From positions 1 through 64,000 of the forward strand of contig JAUCBJ010007967.1 of the NCBI GenBank assembly GCA_032718475.1: a DNA stretch of 64,000 nucleotides, read 5' to 3'. Under the pieces are notes generated by a model, which ran no database searches, was not told the DNA's origin, and was given only the letters and a program-made list of their open reading frames with translations. The position numbers and the translations under genes are program-made. Position 1 is the stretch's first letter; the number at the start of each line of letters is the position of its first letter. This document shows positions 12,555 to 27,402 of the stretch, in pieces. This stretch comes from Nemertoderma westbladi (Eukaryota > Animalia > Xenacoelomorpha).

Positions 12555-14109
12555 GTGGAGTGGAATCGCAATCGCAATCGCCAGTGGAGTAGATGGTGTT
12601 CCCCCTGAGGTCTTTAAAATACCTGAGTGTTTAAAGCTCATCTATCCCATCATAGTAGACATGTACCGTACAACAAGAGTCCCACAAGAAATGAAAACAA
12701 ATAAGTTGGTGCCAGTTCCCAAGAAGGGCAACCTAACACTCTATGGTTCTTTTCGGGGAATCTCATTGATCTCGATTGCTGCAAAACTATACAATAGAAT
12801 TCTATTAAATCGCATCAGGGATCCCATTGAGAGACTGCTACGTGGAAATCAGAATGGGTTCCGTAAACGTCGTGGGACCATGGAGCCCATTTTGGCACTT
12901 AGAAGGATAATTGAAGAGTTATCAAAAAAGAAAGACAGGCATCTGGCTGTTATCTTTGTTGACTTCTTCAAGGCCTTTGATTCAGTCTCTCGCTCACGTA
13001 TGTTCAGCATACTTTCATTATATGGGATTCCTGATGAAATTATTGCAGCAATCAGATCAGTATACGATGGTTCGACAACATTTGTGTCTACTGTTGACGG
13101 TGACACAGAACCATTTGAAGTGTTATGGGGCGTCCTCCAAGGAGACACACTTGCACCATTCTTGTTCATTATTGTGGTTGACTATGTTCTACGCATGTCC
13201 TTAGATCATCATAATGATGATGGGGTGATGATAACTCCACCTACTGGCTCCAGAAGTCGAGGAAATCCTGCCAAGTACCTAACTGATCTAGACTTTGCTG
13301 ATGACTTAGGAGTACTCTCAGAATCATTAGAGGGAGCCCAGCGGCTCCTCAGCTCATTAGAACATGCTGCTTCTAGTGTTGGTCTTTTTATTAACTCCAG
13401 AAAGACCAAAATTCTGACAGTTAACTTTGAAAGTCCTCAGCAAGTCTCTGATCGGATGAGCATAAGCTCAAAGGATGGTATGCTTGAGCATGTGGACGAC
13501 TTCTGTTACCTGGGATCATGGATCCGGAAGTCAGGTGAGGACCTTCGAATACGTAAGGGAAAGGCATGGGCAGCCTTGAATAGGCTTTCCAGGATTTGGA
13601 AGTCACCTAGAATTAATCGGAAACTTAAGGTCCGATTATTTAGAGCAGCAGTAGTTCCAGTACTCCTCTACGGGAGTCCATGCTGGGCTCTAACTGCTGA
13701 GGACACCAAATCTCTGGATGGCACATTCACAAGAATGCTACGCCGGGTACATTGTGTCAAGTAGAATGCACACATCTCCAACCAGACACTATATAACATT
13801 GGAGGTGTCTCATTGGTTCCCCCAAGCTTGACACTAGAACAAAATCGCCTCCGCTTTGCAGGACATTGCTTTCGCCGTGAGGACCAGCCAGTGCATAATC
13901 TTGTACTTTGGCAGCCTCATGGAGTGAATAAGCATGGTGGACAGCCCATGACTTTCTTGAGACGCATCTTAAAGGACACCGGCCTTAAAGATGCGGATGA
14001 TCTAGCAAATGTCATGGGTGATAGGGAGTTGTGGCGGCGCAATTTTGTTGACAAGCCGGCACAGCATTCTTAAAAATGCAGCTGCAATGCAGCATGCCGA
14101 TCCTAGTAG
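12555..14109 (+). mobile_element. 5'-truncated RTE-clade LINE (RT and C-terminus) with a (TAG)n tail and a 100-bp TSD
   Basis: PVPKKGNL...FRGISL, QNGFR, FVDFFKAFDSV, GVLQGDTLAPFLF, DLDFADDL, YLGS, RLRFAGHC. One TAG stop at 13762 where sister copies have TAC. 12455-12554 is identical to 14110-14209. Confidence 0.92.
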
Positions 14110-14233
14110 TAGGTCCGATAATGAACCGATCATCAAAGTTTCATCCAATTCCATCAATATTAAGTGCAAGAAGTTGTGTGTACAAACAAACAAAACAAAC
14201 ACACACACACACAAACACGTGTGAGAAATAAGG

Positions 14234-17200
14234 ACATCCAACTTGGATCCGTTCAACATCCAACTTGGAACTTGGATCCGTCCAACAACTAGGATCCGTC
14301 GAACAACTTGGATCCGTCCAACAACTTGGATCCCACCAACAACTTGGATACGACCAACATCCAACTTGGATACGACCAACATCCAACTTGGATCCGTCCA
14401 ACAACTTGGATCCGACCAACACCTTGGATCCGTCCAACAACCTGGATCCGTCAAACAACTTGGATCCGTCCAACATCCAACTTGGATCTGTCCAACATCC
14501 AAGTGGGATCCGTCCAACATCCAACTTGGGTCCGTACAACATCCAACTTGGATCAGTCCAACATCCAACTTGGATCCGTCCAACAACTTGGATCAGTCCA
14601 ACATCCAACTTGGATCCGTCCAACAACTTGGATACGACCAACATCCCACTTGGATCCGTCCAACAACTTGGATCCGACCAACAACTTGGATCCGTCCAAC
14701 AACTTGGATCCGTCCAACAACTTGGATCCGTCCAACAACTAGGATCCGTCCAACAACTAGGATCCGACCAACAACTTGGATCCGTCCAACAACTAGGATC
14801 CGTCCAACAACTTGGATCCGTCCAACAACTTGGATCCGTCCAACAACTTGGATCCGACCAACATCCAACTTGGATCCGGCCAACAACTTGGATTCCAACA
14901 TCTTGGATCCGTCCAACAACTTGGACCCGTCCAACAACTTGGATCCGTCCAACAACTAGGATCCGTCCAACAACTAGGATCCGACCAACAACTTGGATCC
15001 GTCCAACAACTAGGATCCGACCAACATCCAAATTGGATCCGTCCAACAACTTGGATCCGTCCAACAACTTAGACCCGTCCAACAACCTGGATCCGTACAA
15101 CAACTTGGATCCGTCCAACAACTTGGATACGTCCAACAACTCGGATCCGTCCAACAACTTGGATCCGTCCAACAACTTGGATCCGACCAACAACTTGGAT
15201 CCGTCCAACAACTTGGATCCGACCAACAACTTGGATCCGTCCAACAACTTGGATACGTCCAACAACTTGGATCCGTCCAACAACTTGGATCCGACCAACA
15301 ACTTGGATCCGTCCAACAACTTGGACCCGTCCAACAACTTGGATCCGTCCAATAACCTGGATACGTCCAACAACTTGGATCCGACCAACAATTTGGATCC
15401 GTCCAACAACTTGGATCCGACCAACAACTCGGATCCGTCCAACAACTTGGATCCGTCCAACAACTTGGATCCGACCAACAACTTGAATTCCAACATCTTG
15501 GATCCGTCCAACAATTTGGATCCATTCAACAACTTGGATCCGTCCAACAACTTGGATACGTCCAACAACTCGGATCCGTCCAACAACTTGGATCCCTCCA
15601 ACATCAAATTCGGATCCGTCCAACATCCAACTTGGATCCGTCCAACATCCAACTTGGATCCGTCCAACATCCAACTTGGATCCGTCCGACAACTTGGATC
15701 GGTCCAACATCCAACTTGGATCCGTCCAACATCCAACTTGGATCCGTCCGACAACTTGGATCGGTCCAACATCAAACTTGGATCCGTCCAACATCCAACT
15801 TGGATCCGTCCAACATCCAACTTGGATCCGTCCGACAACTTGGATCGGTCCAACATCCAACTTGGATCCGTCCGACAACTTGGATCCCTCCAACATCAAA
15901 TTCGGATCCGTCCAACATCCAACTTGGATCCGTCCAACATCCAACTTGGATCCGTCCAACATCCAACTTGGATCCGTCCGACAACTTGGATCGGTCCAAC
16001 ATCCAACTTGGATCCGTCCAACAACTTGGATCCCTCCAACATCAAATTCGGATCCGTCCAACATCCAACTTGGATCCGTCCAACATCCAACTTGGATCGG
16101 TCCAACATCCAACTTGGATCCGTCCAACATCCAACTTGGATCCGTCCGACAACTTGGATCGGTCCAACATCCAACTTGGATCAGTCCAACATCCAACTTT
16201 GATCCGCCCAACATCCAACTTGGATCCGTCCAACATCCAACTTGGATCCGTCCGACAACTTGGATCGGTCCAACATCCAACTTGGATCCGTCCAACATCC
16301 AACTTGGATACGTCCAACAACTCGGATCCGTCCAACAACTTGGATCCCTCCAACATCAAATTCGGATCCGTCCAACATCCAACTTGGATCCGTCCAACAT
16401 CCAACTTGGATCCGTCCAACATCCAACTTGGATCCGTCCGACAACTTGGATCGGTCCAACATCCAACTTGGATCCGTCCAACATCCAACTTGGATCCGTC
16501 CGACAACTTGGATCGGTCCAACATCCAACTTGGATCCGTCCAACATCCAACTTGGATCCGTCCGACAACTTGGATCGGTCCAACATCCAACTTGGATCAG
16601 TCCAACATCCAACTTTGATCCGCCCAACATCCAACTTGGATCCGTCCAACATCCAACTTGGATCCGTCCGACAACTTGGATCGGTCCAACATCCAACTTG
16701 GATCCGTCCAACATCCAACTTGGATACGTCCGACAACTTGGATCGGTCCAACAACTTGGATCCGTCCAACAACTTGGAACCATCCAACAACTTGGATACG
16801 TCCAACAACTTGGACCCGACCAACAACTTGGATCCGTCCAACAACTTGGATCCGTCCAACAACTTGGATCCGTTTAACATCTTGGATCCATCCAACAACT
16901 TGGATACGTCCAACAACTTGGATCCGTCCAACAACTTGGAACCATCCAACAACTTGGATCCGTCCAACAACTTGGATCCCTCCAACATCAAATTCGGATC
17001 CGTCCAACATCCAACTTGGATCCGTCCAACATCCAACTTGGATCCGTCCAACAACTTGGATCGGTCCAACATCCAACTTGGATCCGTCCAACATCCAACT
17101 TGGATCCGTCCAACAACTTGGATCCGACCAACAACTTGGATTCCAACATCTTGGATCCGTCAAACAACTTAGACCCGTCCAACAACTTGGATCCGTCCAA

Positions 17201-20200
17201 CAACCTGGATCCGTACAACAATTTGGATCCGTCCAACAACTTGGATACGTCCAACATCAAATTCGGATCCGTCCAACATCCAACTTGGATCCGTCCAACA
17301 TCCAACTTGGATCCGTCCAACAACTTGGATCCGACCAACAACTTGGATTCCAACATCTTGGATCCGTCAAACAACTTAGACCCGTCCAACAACTTGGATC
17401 CGTCCAACAACCTGGATCCGTACAACAATTTGGATCCGTCCAACAACTTGGATACGTCCAACAACTCGGATCCGTCCAACAACTTGGATCCGTCCAACAA
17501 CTTGGATCCGACCAACAACTTGGATCCGACCAACATCCAACTCGGATCCGTCCAACAACTTGGACCCGACCAACAACTTGGATCCGTCCAACAACTTGGA
17601 TCCGTCCAACAACTTGGATACGACCAACATCCAACTTGGATCCGACCAACAACTTGGATCCGTCCAACAACTTGGACCCGACCAACAACTTGGATCCGTC
17701 CAACAACTTGGATCCGTCCAACAACTTGGATCCGTCCAACAACTAGGATCCGTCCAACAACTAGGATCCGTCCAACAACTTGGATCCGTCCAACAACTTG
17801 GATCCGACCAACAACTTGGATCCGTCCAACAACTTGGATCCGACCAACATCCAAATTGGATCCGGCCAACAACTTGGATTCCAACATCTTGGATCCGTCC
17901 AACAACTTGGACCCGTCCAACAACTTGGATCCGTCCAACAACCTGGATCCGTACAACAACTTGGATCCGTCCAACAACTTGGATACGTCCAACAACTCGG
18001 ATCCGTCCAACAACTTGGATCCGACCAACAACTTGGATCCGTCCAACAACTTGGATCCGACCAACAACTTGGATCCGTCCAACAACTTGGATCCGTCCAA
18101 CAACTTGGATCCGACCAACAACTTGGATCCGTCCAACAACTTGGATTCCAACATCTTGGATCCGTCCAACAACTTGGACCCGTCCAACAACTTGGATCCG
18201 TCCAACAACCTGGATCCGTACAACAACTTGGATACGTCCAACAACTTGGATCCGTCCAACAACTTGGATCCGACCAACAATTTGGATCCGTCCAACAACT
18301 TGGATCCGACCAACAACTTGGATCCGACCAACAACTTGGATTCCAACATCTTGGATCCGTCCAACAACTTGGACCCGTCCAACAACTTGGATCCGTCCAA
18401 CAACCTGGATCCGTACAACAACTTGGATACGTCCAACAACTTGGATCCGTCCAACAACTTGGATCCGAACAACAACTTGGATCCGTCCAACAACTTGGAC
18501 CCGTCCAACAACTTGGATCCGTCCAACAACCTGGATACGTCCAACAACTTGGATCCGACCAACAATTTGGATCCGTCCAACAACTTGGATCCGTCCAACA
18601 ACTTGGACCCGTCCAACAACTTGGATCCGACCAACAACTTGGATCCGTCCAACATCCAACTTGGATCCGTCCAACAACTTGGATCCGAACAACAACTTGG
18701 ATCCGTCCAACAACTTGGACCCGTCCAACAACTTGGATCCGTCCAACAACTTGGATCCGTCCAACAACTTGGACCCGTCCAACAACTTGGATCCGTCCCA
18801 CAACTTGGATCCGAACAACAACTTGGATCCGTCCAACAACTTGGACCCGTCCAACAACTTGGATCCGTCCAACAACCTGGATACGTCCAACAACTTGGAT
18901 CCGACCAACAATTTGGATCCGTCCAACAACTTGGATCCGACCAACAACTTGGATCCGACCAACAACTTGGATCCGTCCAACAACTTGGACCCGTCCAACA
19001 ACTTGGATCCGTCCAACAACCTGGATCCGTACAACAACTTGGATTCCAACATCTTGGATCCGTCCAACAACTTGGACCCGTCCAACAACTTGGATCCGTC
19101 CAACAACCTGGATCCGTACAACAACTTGGATACGTCCAACAACTTGGATCCGTCCAACAACTTGGATCCGAACAACAACTTGGATCCGTCCAACAACTTG
19201 GACCCGTCCAACAACTTGGATCCGTCCAACAACCTGGATACGTCCAACAACTTGGATCCGACCAACAATTTGGATCCGTCCAACAACTTGGATCCGACCA
19301 ACAACTCGGATCCGTCCAACAACTTGGATCCGTCCAACAACTTGGATCCGACCAACAACTTGGATTCCAACATCTTGGATCCGTCCAACAATTTGGATCC
19401 ATTCAACAACTTGGATCCGTCCAACAACTTGGATACGTCCAACAACTCGGATCCGTCCAAAAACTTGGATCCCTCCAACATCAAATTCGGATCCGTCCAA
19501 CATCCAACTTGGATCCGTCCAACATCCAACTTGGATCCGTCCAACATCCAACTTGGATCCGTCCGACAACTTGGATCGGTCCAACATCCAACTTGGATCC
19601 GTCCAACATCCAACTTGGATCCGTCCGACAACTTGGATCGGTCCAACATCCAACTTGGATCCGTCCAACATCCAACTTGGATCCGTCCAACATCCAACTT
19701 GGATCCGTCCGACAACTTGGATCGGTCCAACATCCAACTTGGATCCGTCCGACAACTTGGATCGGTCCAACATCCAACTTGGATCCGTCCAACATCCAAC
19801 TTGGATCCGTCCGACAACTTGGATCGGTCTAACATCCAACTTGGATCAGTCCAACATCCAACTTGGATCCGCCCAACATCCAACTTGGATCCGTCCAACA
19901 TCCAACTTGGATCCGTCCGACAACTTGGATCGGTCCAACATCCAACTTGGATCCGTCCAACATCCAACTTGGATACGTCCAACAACTTGGATCCCTCCAA
20001 CATCAAATTCGGATCCGTCCAACATCCAACTTGGATCCGTCCAACATCCAACTTGGATCCGTCCAACAACTTGGATCGGTCCAACATCCAACTTGGATCC
20101 GTCCAACATCCAACTTAGATCCGTCCAACAACTTGGATCCGACCAACATCCAACTTGGACCCGGCCAACAACTTGGATTCCAACATCTTGGATCCGTCAA

Positions 20201-21559
20201 ACAACTTGGACCCGTCCAACAACTTGGATCCGTCCAACAACCTGGATCCGTACAACAATTTGGATCCGTCCAACAACTTGGATACGTCCAACAACTCGGA
20301 TCCGTCCAACAACTTGGATCCGTCCAACAACTTGGATCCGACCAACAACTTGGATCCGACCAACATCCAACTTGGATCCGTCCAACAACTTGGACCCGAC
20401 CAACAACTTGGATCCGTCCAACAACTTGGATCCGTCCTACAACTTGGATCCGACCAACAACTTGGATCCGTCCAACAACTTGGATCCGTCCAACAACTTG
20501 GATACGACCAACATCCAACTTGGATCCGTCCAACAACTTGGACCCGACCAACAACTTGGATCCGTCCAACAACTTGGATCCGTCCAACAACTTGGATCCG
20601 TCCAACATCCAACTTGGATCCGTCCAACATACAACTTGGATCCGTCCAACAACTTGGACCCGTCCAAAATCTTGGATCCGTCCAACAACTTGGATCGTCT
20701 AACAACTTGGATCCGTCCAACATCTTGGATCCATCCAACAACTTGGATCCGTCCAACAACTAGGATCCGTCCAACAACTTGGATCCGTCCAACAACTTGG
20801 ATCAGTCCAACATCCCACTTGGATCCGTCCAACCACTTGGATCAGTACAACATCCAACTTGGATCCGCCCAACAACTTGGATTCCAACATATTGGATCCG
20901 TCCAACAATTTGGATCCATTCAACAACTTGGATACGTCCAACAACTCGGATCCGTCCAACAACTTGGATCCCTCCAACATCAAATTCGGATCCGTCCAAC
21001 AACTTGGATCCGTCCAACATCCAACTTGGATCCGTCCAACATCCAACTGGGATCCGTCCAACATCCAACTTGGATCCGTCCAACATCCAACTTGGATCCG
21101 TCCAACATCCAACTTGGATCCGTCCGACAACTTGGATCGGTCCAACATCCAACTTGGATCCGTCCAACATCCAACTTGGATCCGTCCAACAACTTGGAAA
21201 CGTCCAACAACTCGGATCCGTCCAACAACTTGGATCCGCCCAACAACTTGGATCCGCCAAACAACTTGGTTCCAACATCTTGGACCCGTCCAGCAACTTG
21301 GATCCGTCCAACAACTTGGATCCGTCCAGCAACTTGGATTCCAACATCTTGGATTCGTCCAACAACTTGGACCCGTCCAACAACCTGGATCCGTCCAACA
21401 ACTCGGATCCGTCTAACATACAATTTGGATCCGCCCAACATCCAACTTGGATCCGTACAACATCCAACTTGGATCCGTCCAACATCCAACTTGGATCCGT
21501 CCAACAACTTGGACCCGTCCAACAACTTGGATCCGTCCAACAACTTGGATCCGTCCAAC
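14234..21559. repeat. 18/22-bp satellite, array 1 (TTGGATCCGTCCAACAAC / TTGGATCCGTCCAACATCCAAC)
   Basis: Continuous array with recurrent variants and higher-order duplications, e.g. the rare TTTGATCCGCCC variant near 16201 and 16617 (416 bp apart). Confidence 0.98.
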
Positions 21560-24060
21560 GTAAGTACAGCGCCATATACCGTAACACCGCTCCAAGGGAA
21601 ATCAAGCAATGTTTCCCTCCAACTGTAGAAGAGTATAAGGCGATGTATACAAAACAAAATAATTCGCTTTCAAATAATCTAAATACCTTGGTACTATAAT
21701 AATTCTACTATTTACAAATATTGCCATAGATATTGCATAATGAATTTACATACAAATTAAAATTACAAAAATATTATCTCTCTCAATGTTAACGATTATT
21801 ACATACAAATTAAATTTACAAAAATACTGTTTTCTCGTTCGTTCTACATAATGATTACTACATACAAAATTAAATTTACAAAAATATAATTTCCTTTATT
21901 TATCTACAAATTAACGGTCTACCTATTGAAATGGAACATGCCTAGGACAATGTCCCCCATTTCCCATCTCAAATTGACGATCAACAATAACAAAATAGAC
22001 TAAATATAAACGTATTGCATTAAAGGCCGATAATCAAATTAAATATAAAATACGTAATAATTTCTTTCATTTTCGGACTTTACTTAATTTCTTATAAAAA
22101 ACGCAAATCATCTTGGTTTGATGATTGCTCAGATAAGTGAAAGAAGTCTTAAGTTCAAGAAACAACTGGACGCGCTCTACACAACTGTATAAATAAATAT
22201 TACTATTACTCTATAAATATTAACTCAACATCAATTTGCAATATTTATTGTTAACTATTATTGCAAGTATAATCTATATCTTGAAAAGTTTACTGGTTAT
22301 TAGGGAATATAAATTATAGGCCTAATACTGTAATAATATATATAATTGATTAAAAAAGTTAAATATATGAGCATGCCCAAACTGATAAGTGAAAGGAGTA
22401 AGCCAAACCCGCGGGTTTGTCTCCCCAATCACTTCCTTTGCCTCTTTCAATAAACTTTAGAGCAAATAAAGTCATATACACAAAATCAAATATAGTTAAA
22501 GTGTTTACTATTTCCAACGGACTATAAAGTAAAAGTATTTCCTTTCAATATTTTTCGGCCTTCGAAAATAAAACTCTAAAATATGGATACGACTAGTGTA
22601 TATGAGTCCAGTCGAATGATTGATCAAAACCTACGATATACATCAGAGCGACGATGATGTATATGTCTAGAGTTTGTCGCTCCGTGATATTATAGTCTCA
22701 TCGGCTAGCTCCTGGGTCTCTCGGGCTCGCTCCTCTCGTTTGTCCCCTCCCCAGATACACCAGTCTACCCCCTGTAGACTCTGTTGACGGCGTCCTTGAG
22801 GCGTCACTTCCCGGAACCGGCGACGACGTTCCCTGGGCACCGACTATCTCCCGACTGGTGCTCCTCCCTCGGCCTCGTCCCATTTGCCGTGTCCCTGTGG
22901 GCGCTTCCGCCAACTCCTCTTTCTTCAACTATAGAATGGAACTGCTCGTCCTTGGCTTGACGCTTGCCAAGGACTCCTCCTTCTGGTACTTGCCGCGAGC
23001 TGTGAGTTCCGGCTGTTGTCGCTTTGGGCGCGGCGGTCCTGATCCTCCACTCGTTCAGAGGTCAATGACCCCAAACGAGTCTCCTTAGGCCGCCAATTGT
23101 GCGCTGGGTAATAAATCTAGACGTATATATCAGAGCGACGATGATATATAAAGGATTGGACATATTCGGGCTTAATAATGCGTTCGTCGAAATTTCCCGA
23201 AATAATTTTGAGTAAATATCGTATAAATCGCGGATCGTGGGTATAGTTAGTAGACGGATGGATGGGCGCGAATCTCGCCTGGATACTCAGGCGTGACCTT
23301 CCTTTCCTGGTGAAGCGAAGTGAACGTGGTCCAGGAACTCGAGTCCCGTGCCGCTTCGCGCCGCGCCTCTAGGTCCTTAAAGGCTCGGTATAGCGAAATG
23401 GCCGCCGCCGTGTCTATCAAAGTGGGTGTCGAACAGGTTTAATCTCCGTATACGGATCTAAAGTCGTAACGGTCGGCGTAATGGGTCTCGGAGGTCGCTT
23501 TCCGCTAAAGTCGATACTGATCATCGGGTTGCTCATCGGGTAACCTCCCTCGTTGTATCCAAGGAACCGGCGAGCCTGACATCGCGTTAATATCGGTTCA
23601 GGATGTTGCTCGTTCAGTCGATCGGGAATCGCCACGTCTTGTTTATTCATGCATTCACCGCATTTATAGAACAACTTGTATACGCTGAAGACCTTTGGCG
23701 TCTCCTAATCCTCGCCTCGAGTCCTCCGGTGCAGATACATTCCGTCGAACTGATCTCGGACGGCAGGTAGCGGTTCATCGTGCCGCAAATACATATATCC
23801 CAATAGTTCGTTACGCAAACCAATTACACTGTGGGTAAATCAGTTAGATGGTGCGGAGGGACGAACTTCCCGAGCTACCTGGCCGCCTTCCAGCAGTTCA
23901 GTTCGGCTTTCTAGATCCCGTCTCATTCCTAACTACCTTCTAACCTATTCCCATGCATAGCGCAAAAAACTTCGGAGATAAACTGGCCGTGACCAACTCA
24001 CTTTTTGATGCCCAAGCTACTCCCCAATACTTGTACTAGACTACAGTAGTTAGAAAGACA
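21560..24060. other. Non-satellite insert, probably a TE fragment: AT-rich repeats, hairpins and decayed minus-strand ORFs of unknown type
   Basis: Sharp junctions with the satellite. Three copies of TACATACAAATTAAA.TTACAAAAATA. GC-rich blocks at 22698-23100 and 23240-23930 give minus-strand frames with few stops. Confidence 0.5.
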
Positions 24061-25834
24061 AACAACTTGGATCCGTCCAACAACTTGGATCCGTCCAACA
24101 ACTTAGATCCGTCCAACAACTTGGATACGTCCAACAACTTGGATCCGTCCAACAACTTGGATCCGTCCAACAACTTGTATCCCTCCATCATCCAATTTGG
24201 ATCCGTCCAACATCCAACTTGGATCCGTCCAACATCCACCTTGGATCTGTCCAACAACTCGGATCCGTCCAACAACTTGGATCCCTCCAACATCAAATTC
24301 GGATCCGTCCAACATCCAACTTGGATCCGTCCAACAACCAACTTGGATCCGTACAACATCCAACTTGGATCCGTACAACATCCAACTTGGATCCGTCCAA
24401 CATCCACCTTGGATCTGTCCAACAACTCGGATCCGTCCAACAACTTGGATCCCTCCAACATCAAATTCGGATCCGTCCAACATCCAACTTGGATCCGTCC
24501 AACATCCAACTTGGATCCGTCCAACAACTTGGATCCGCCCAACAACTTGGATCCGTCCAACAACTTGGATCCGTCCAACAACTTAGATCCGTCCAACAAC
24601 TTGGATGCGTCCAACAACTTGGATCCGTCCAACAACTTGGATACGTCCAACAACTTGGATCCGTCCAACAACTTGGATCCCTCCAACATCAAATTCGGAT
24701 CCGTCCAACATCCAACTTGGATCCGCCCAACATCCAACTTGGATCCGTACAACATCCAACTTGGATCCGTCCAACATCCACCTTGGATCTGTCCAACAAC
24801 TTGGATCCGTCCAACATCTTGGATCCGTCCAACATCTTGGTTCCGTCCAACAACTTGGATCCGTCCAACAACTTGTATCCCTCCAACGTCCAATTTGGAT
24901 CCGTCCAACATCCAACTTGGATCCGTCCAACATCCAACTTGGATCCGTCCAACAACTTGGATCCGTCCAACATCCAACTTGGATCCGTCCAACATCCAAC
25001 TTGGATCCGTCCAACATCCAACTTGGACCCATCCAACAACTTGGATCCGAACCAACAACTCGGATCCGTCCAACAACTTGGATCAGTCCAACATCCAACT
25101 TGGATCCGACCAATAACTTGGATCCGTCCAACATCTTGGTTCCGTCCAACAACTTGGATCCGTCCAACAACTTGTATCCCTCCAACATCCAATTTGGATC
25201 CGTCCAACATCCAACTTGGATCCGTACAACATCCAACTTGGATAGGTCCAACAACTTGGATCCGTCCAACATCCAACTTGGATCCGTCCAACATCCAACT
25301 TGGATCCGTCCAACATCCAACTTGGACCCATCCAACAACTTGGATCAGTCCAACATCCAACTTGGATCCGACCAATAACTTGGATCCGTTTAACATCTTG
25401 GATCCGTCCAACAACTTGGATCCGTCCAACATCTTGGATCCATCCAACAACTTGGATCCGTCCAACAACTTGGATCAGTCCAACATCCAATTTGGATCCG
25501 CCCAACAACTTGGATCCGTCCAACATCTTGGATCCGTCCAACAACTTGGATCCGTCCAACATCTTGGATCCATCCAACAACTTGGATCAGTCCAACATCC
25601 AACTTGGATCCGCCCAACAACTTGGATCCGTCCAATATCTTGGATCCGTCCAACAACTTGGATCCGTCCAACATCTTGGATCCATCCAACAACTTGGATC
25701 CGTCCAACAACTTGGAACAGTCCAACATCCAACTTGGATCCATCCAACCACTTGGATCAGTACAACATACAACTTAGATCCGTCTAACAACTTGGATCCG
25801 CCCGACAACTTAGATTCCAACATCTTGGATCCGT
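24061..25834. repeat. 18/22-bp satellite, array 2
   Basis: Same units as array 1. Variants TTGTATCCCTCCA and CATCCACCTTGGATCTG are shared with array 3. Confidence 0.98.
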
Positions 25835-27049
25835 GCACTATTATTTTTATCTTCTATGTATGTAAAACATTAATCATAGAACCTAGCAACCAATGAAATC
25901 TCTTCGCTACCACTGCCTATGTGAATTGAGGCTGGCTCCCCTTGACCCTTCAAAGATGGAACGAAATAATAATAATAGTTACCAATATTGTAAATCAGGA
26001 GTGGCCCCTTAACCCACTGGGCCATATTTATTGCCGCAATAATTATTTATTGCCGCAATAATTATTTATTACCGCAGGCTTACTTAAATACAGCTTTACT
26101 TAAATATGTTTGTGGATTTAATATCATGACGTACTTCGTGGTGGGATATTATTATTATTTGTGTGAAATTAATTAGTTGTTAATTTACTTTTAATAAAAC
26201 TATTTTAAGTTCAGTTAATAATTAAAGCGCAGCGTTTATTGCCGCAATAATTATTTATTGCCGTTATAACAATTGGACGTCTTTTAGATATTTCATGATT
26301 TTTATGTAATTTAAATATTTTCATAAGTGATTTAAATATTTTCATGAGTGATATAATTATTTTCATACGTACATTATTATATTATTTCAATGTACTGCAG
26401 TAATTGTTATGATTTCGATCCTTTTGAGACGCCATAGTACGGGACGGGTTAGCGGTTACCACCCTCTGCCCTCACCCGGTATATACTCATCCCGCACCCA
26501 GTATATACTCACCCCGCACCCGGTACCTACAGACATAGATCAGTACTGCAGTAGATACGGGTCTCCCGGTAGGCTTAAATATTTTTTTCAGATATTTGCA
26601 ACTCACGCGGAAACCAACAACAATGGCGTTATTGTGTAGACGAATTTTAGGTGGACGATTCCGTCGTACAGGTATCCGAGAGCAAACGCGATGCTGTGAC
26701 GTCATAAATTTATACGGATATTCAATCGCGCGATTTAGCGATTCAACAATCGGATCACCCGACAATAGTAAACTGGTAACCATGGTAACCGAGGAGAATG
26801 AAGAGATACAAGTATCCGAGACACGAACACTCGTACCGGTACCAGACGCAACCCGAAACCGACCAGAGAAGATTAGCGACGACCCATCGGGCGCCCATAT
26901 CTACTACTTCCCCGAACTAACTAACACCCAACGGGACCATCACAAATTACAAATCACTGCAGTTAAATCTCATCTCCGTGTGCAATGTATAAATAGGTAC
27001 AATAGTCCTACAGTAAGTTATTAGTTTATTAATTATTTACTATTTATAC

Positions 27050-27350
27050 TGTAATTACGTTTTATAATAAATTGTTCTGTACATTACATCTTTATCGTTG
27101 AGTCGGTCATTGTCACGCTCTCGGTAAAGTTGTACATGTACATAGTGTAATTACGTTTTATATTCGTTTAGGTTAGCGTAGTGTAATATTGTATTTGTAA
27201 CCAAGTAACATAAAGGACCCCCTTGGAAATAAGCTGCAAAGCTTTAGGGGTAATCCTATATGTTATGTTGGACAATACCTTTATACCGGTACATTGTTTG
27301 GTGTATTTGTTATTGTTTTTACATAATGTATAAATAAATCTATCTATCTA
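27050..27350 (+). mobile_element. Probable LINE 3' end (CR1/L2-like)
   Basis: Stem-loop GGACCCCCTT...AAGC..GCTTTAGGGG..TCC, followed by AATAAA and an (ATCT)n tail. Confidence 0.45.
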
Positions 27351-27402
27351 ATTCCACGAACCCACCCCGTATAAACCGATGGCCAGTCATCCGATGATCT
27401 GT

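Noticed and set aside
26409-27024. Short ORFs in the second satellite insert
   Set aside because: No recognisable domain or splice support; probably TE-derived sequence.
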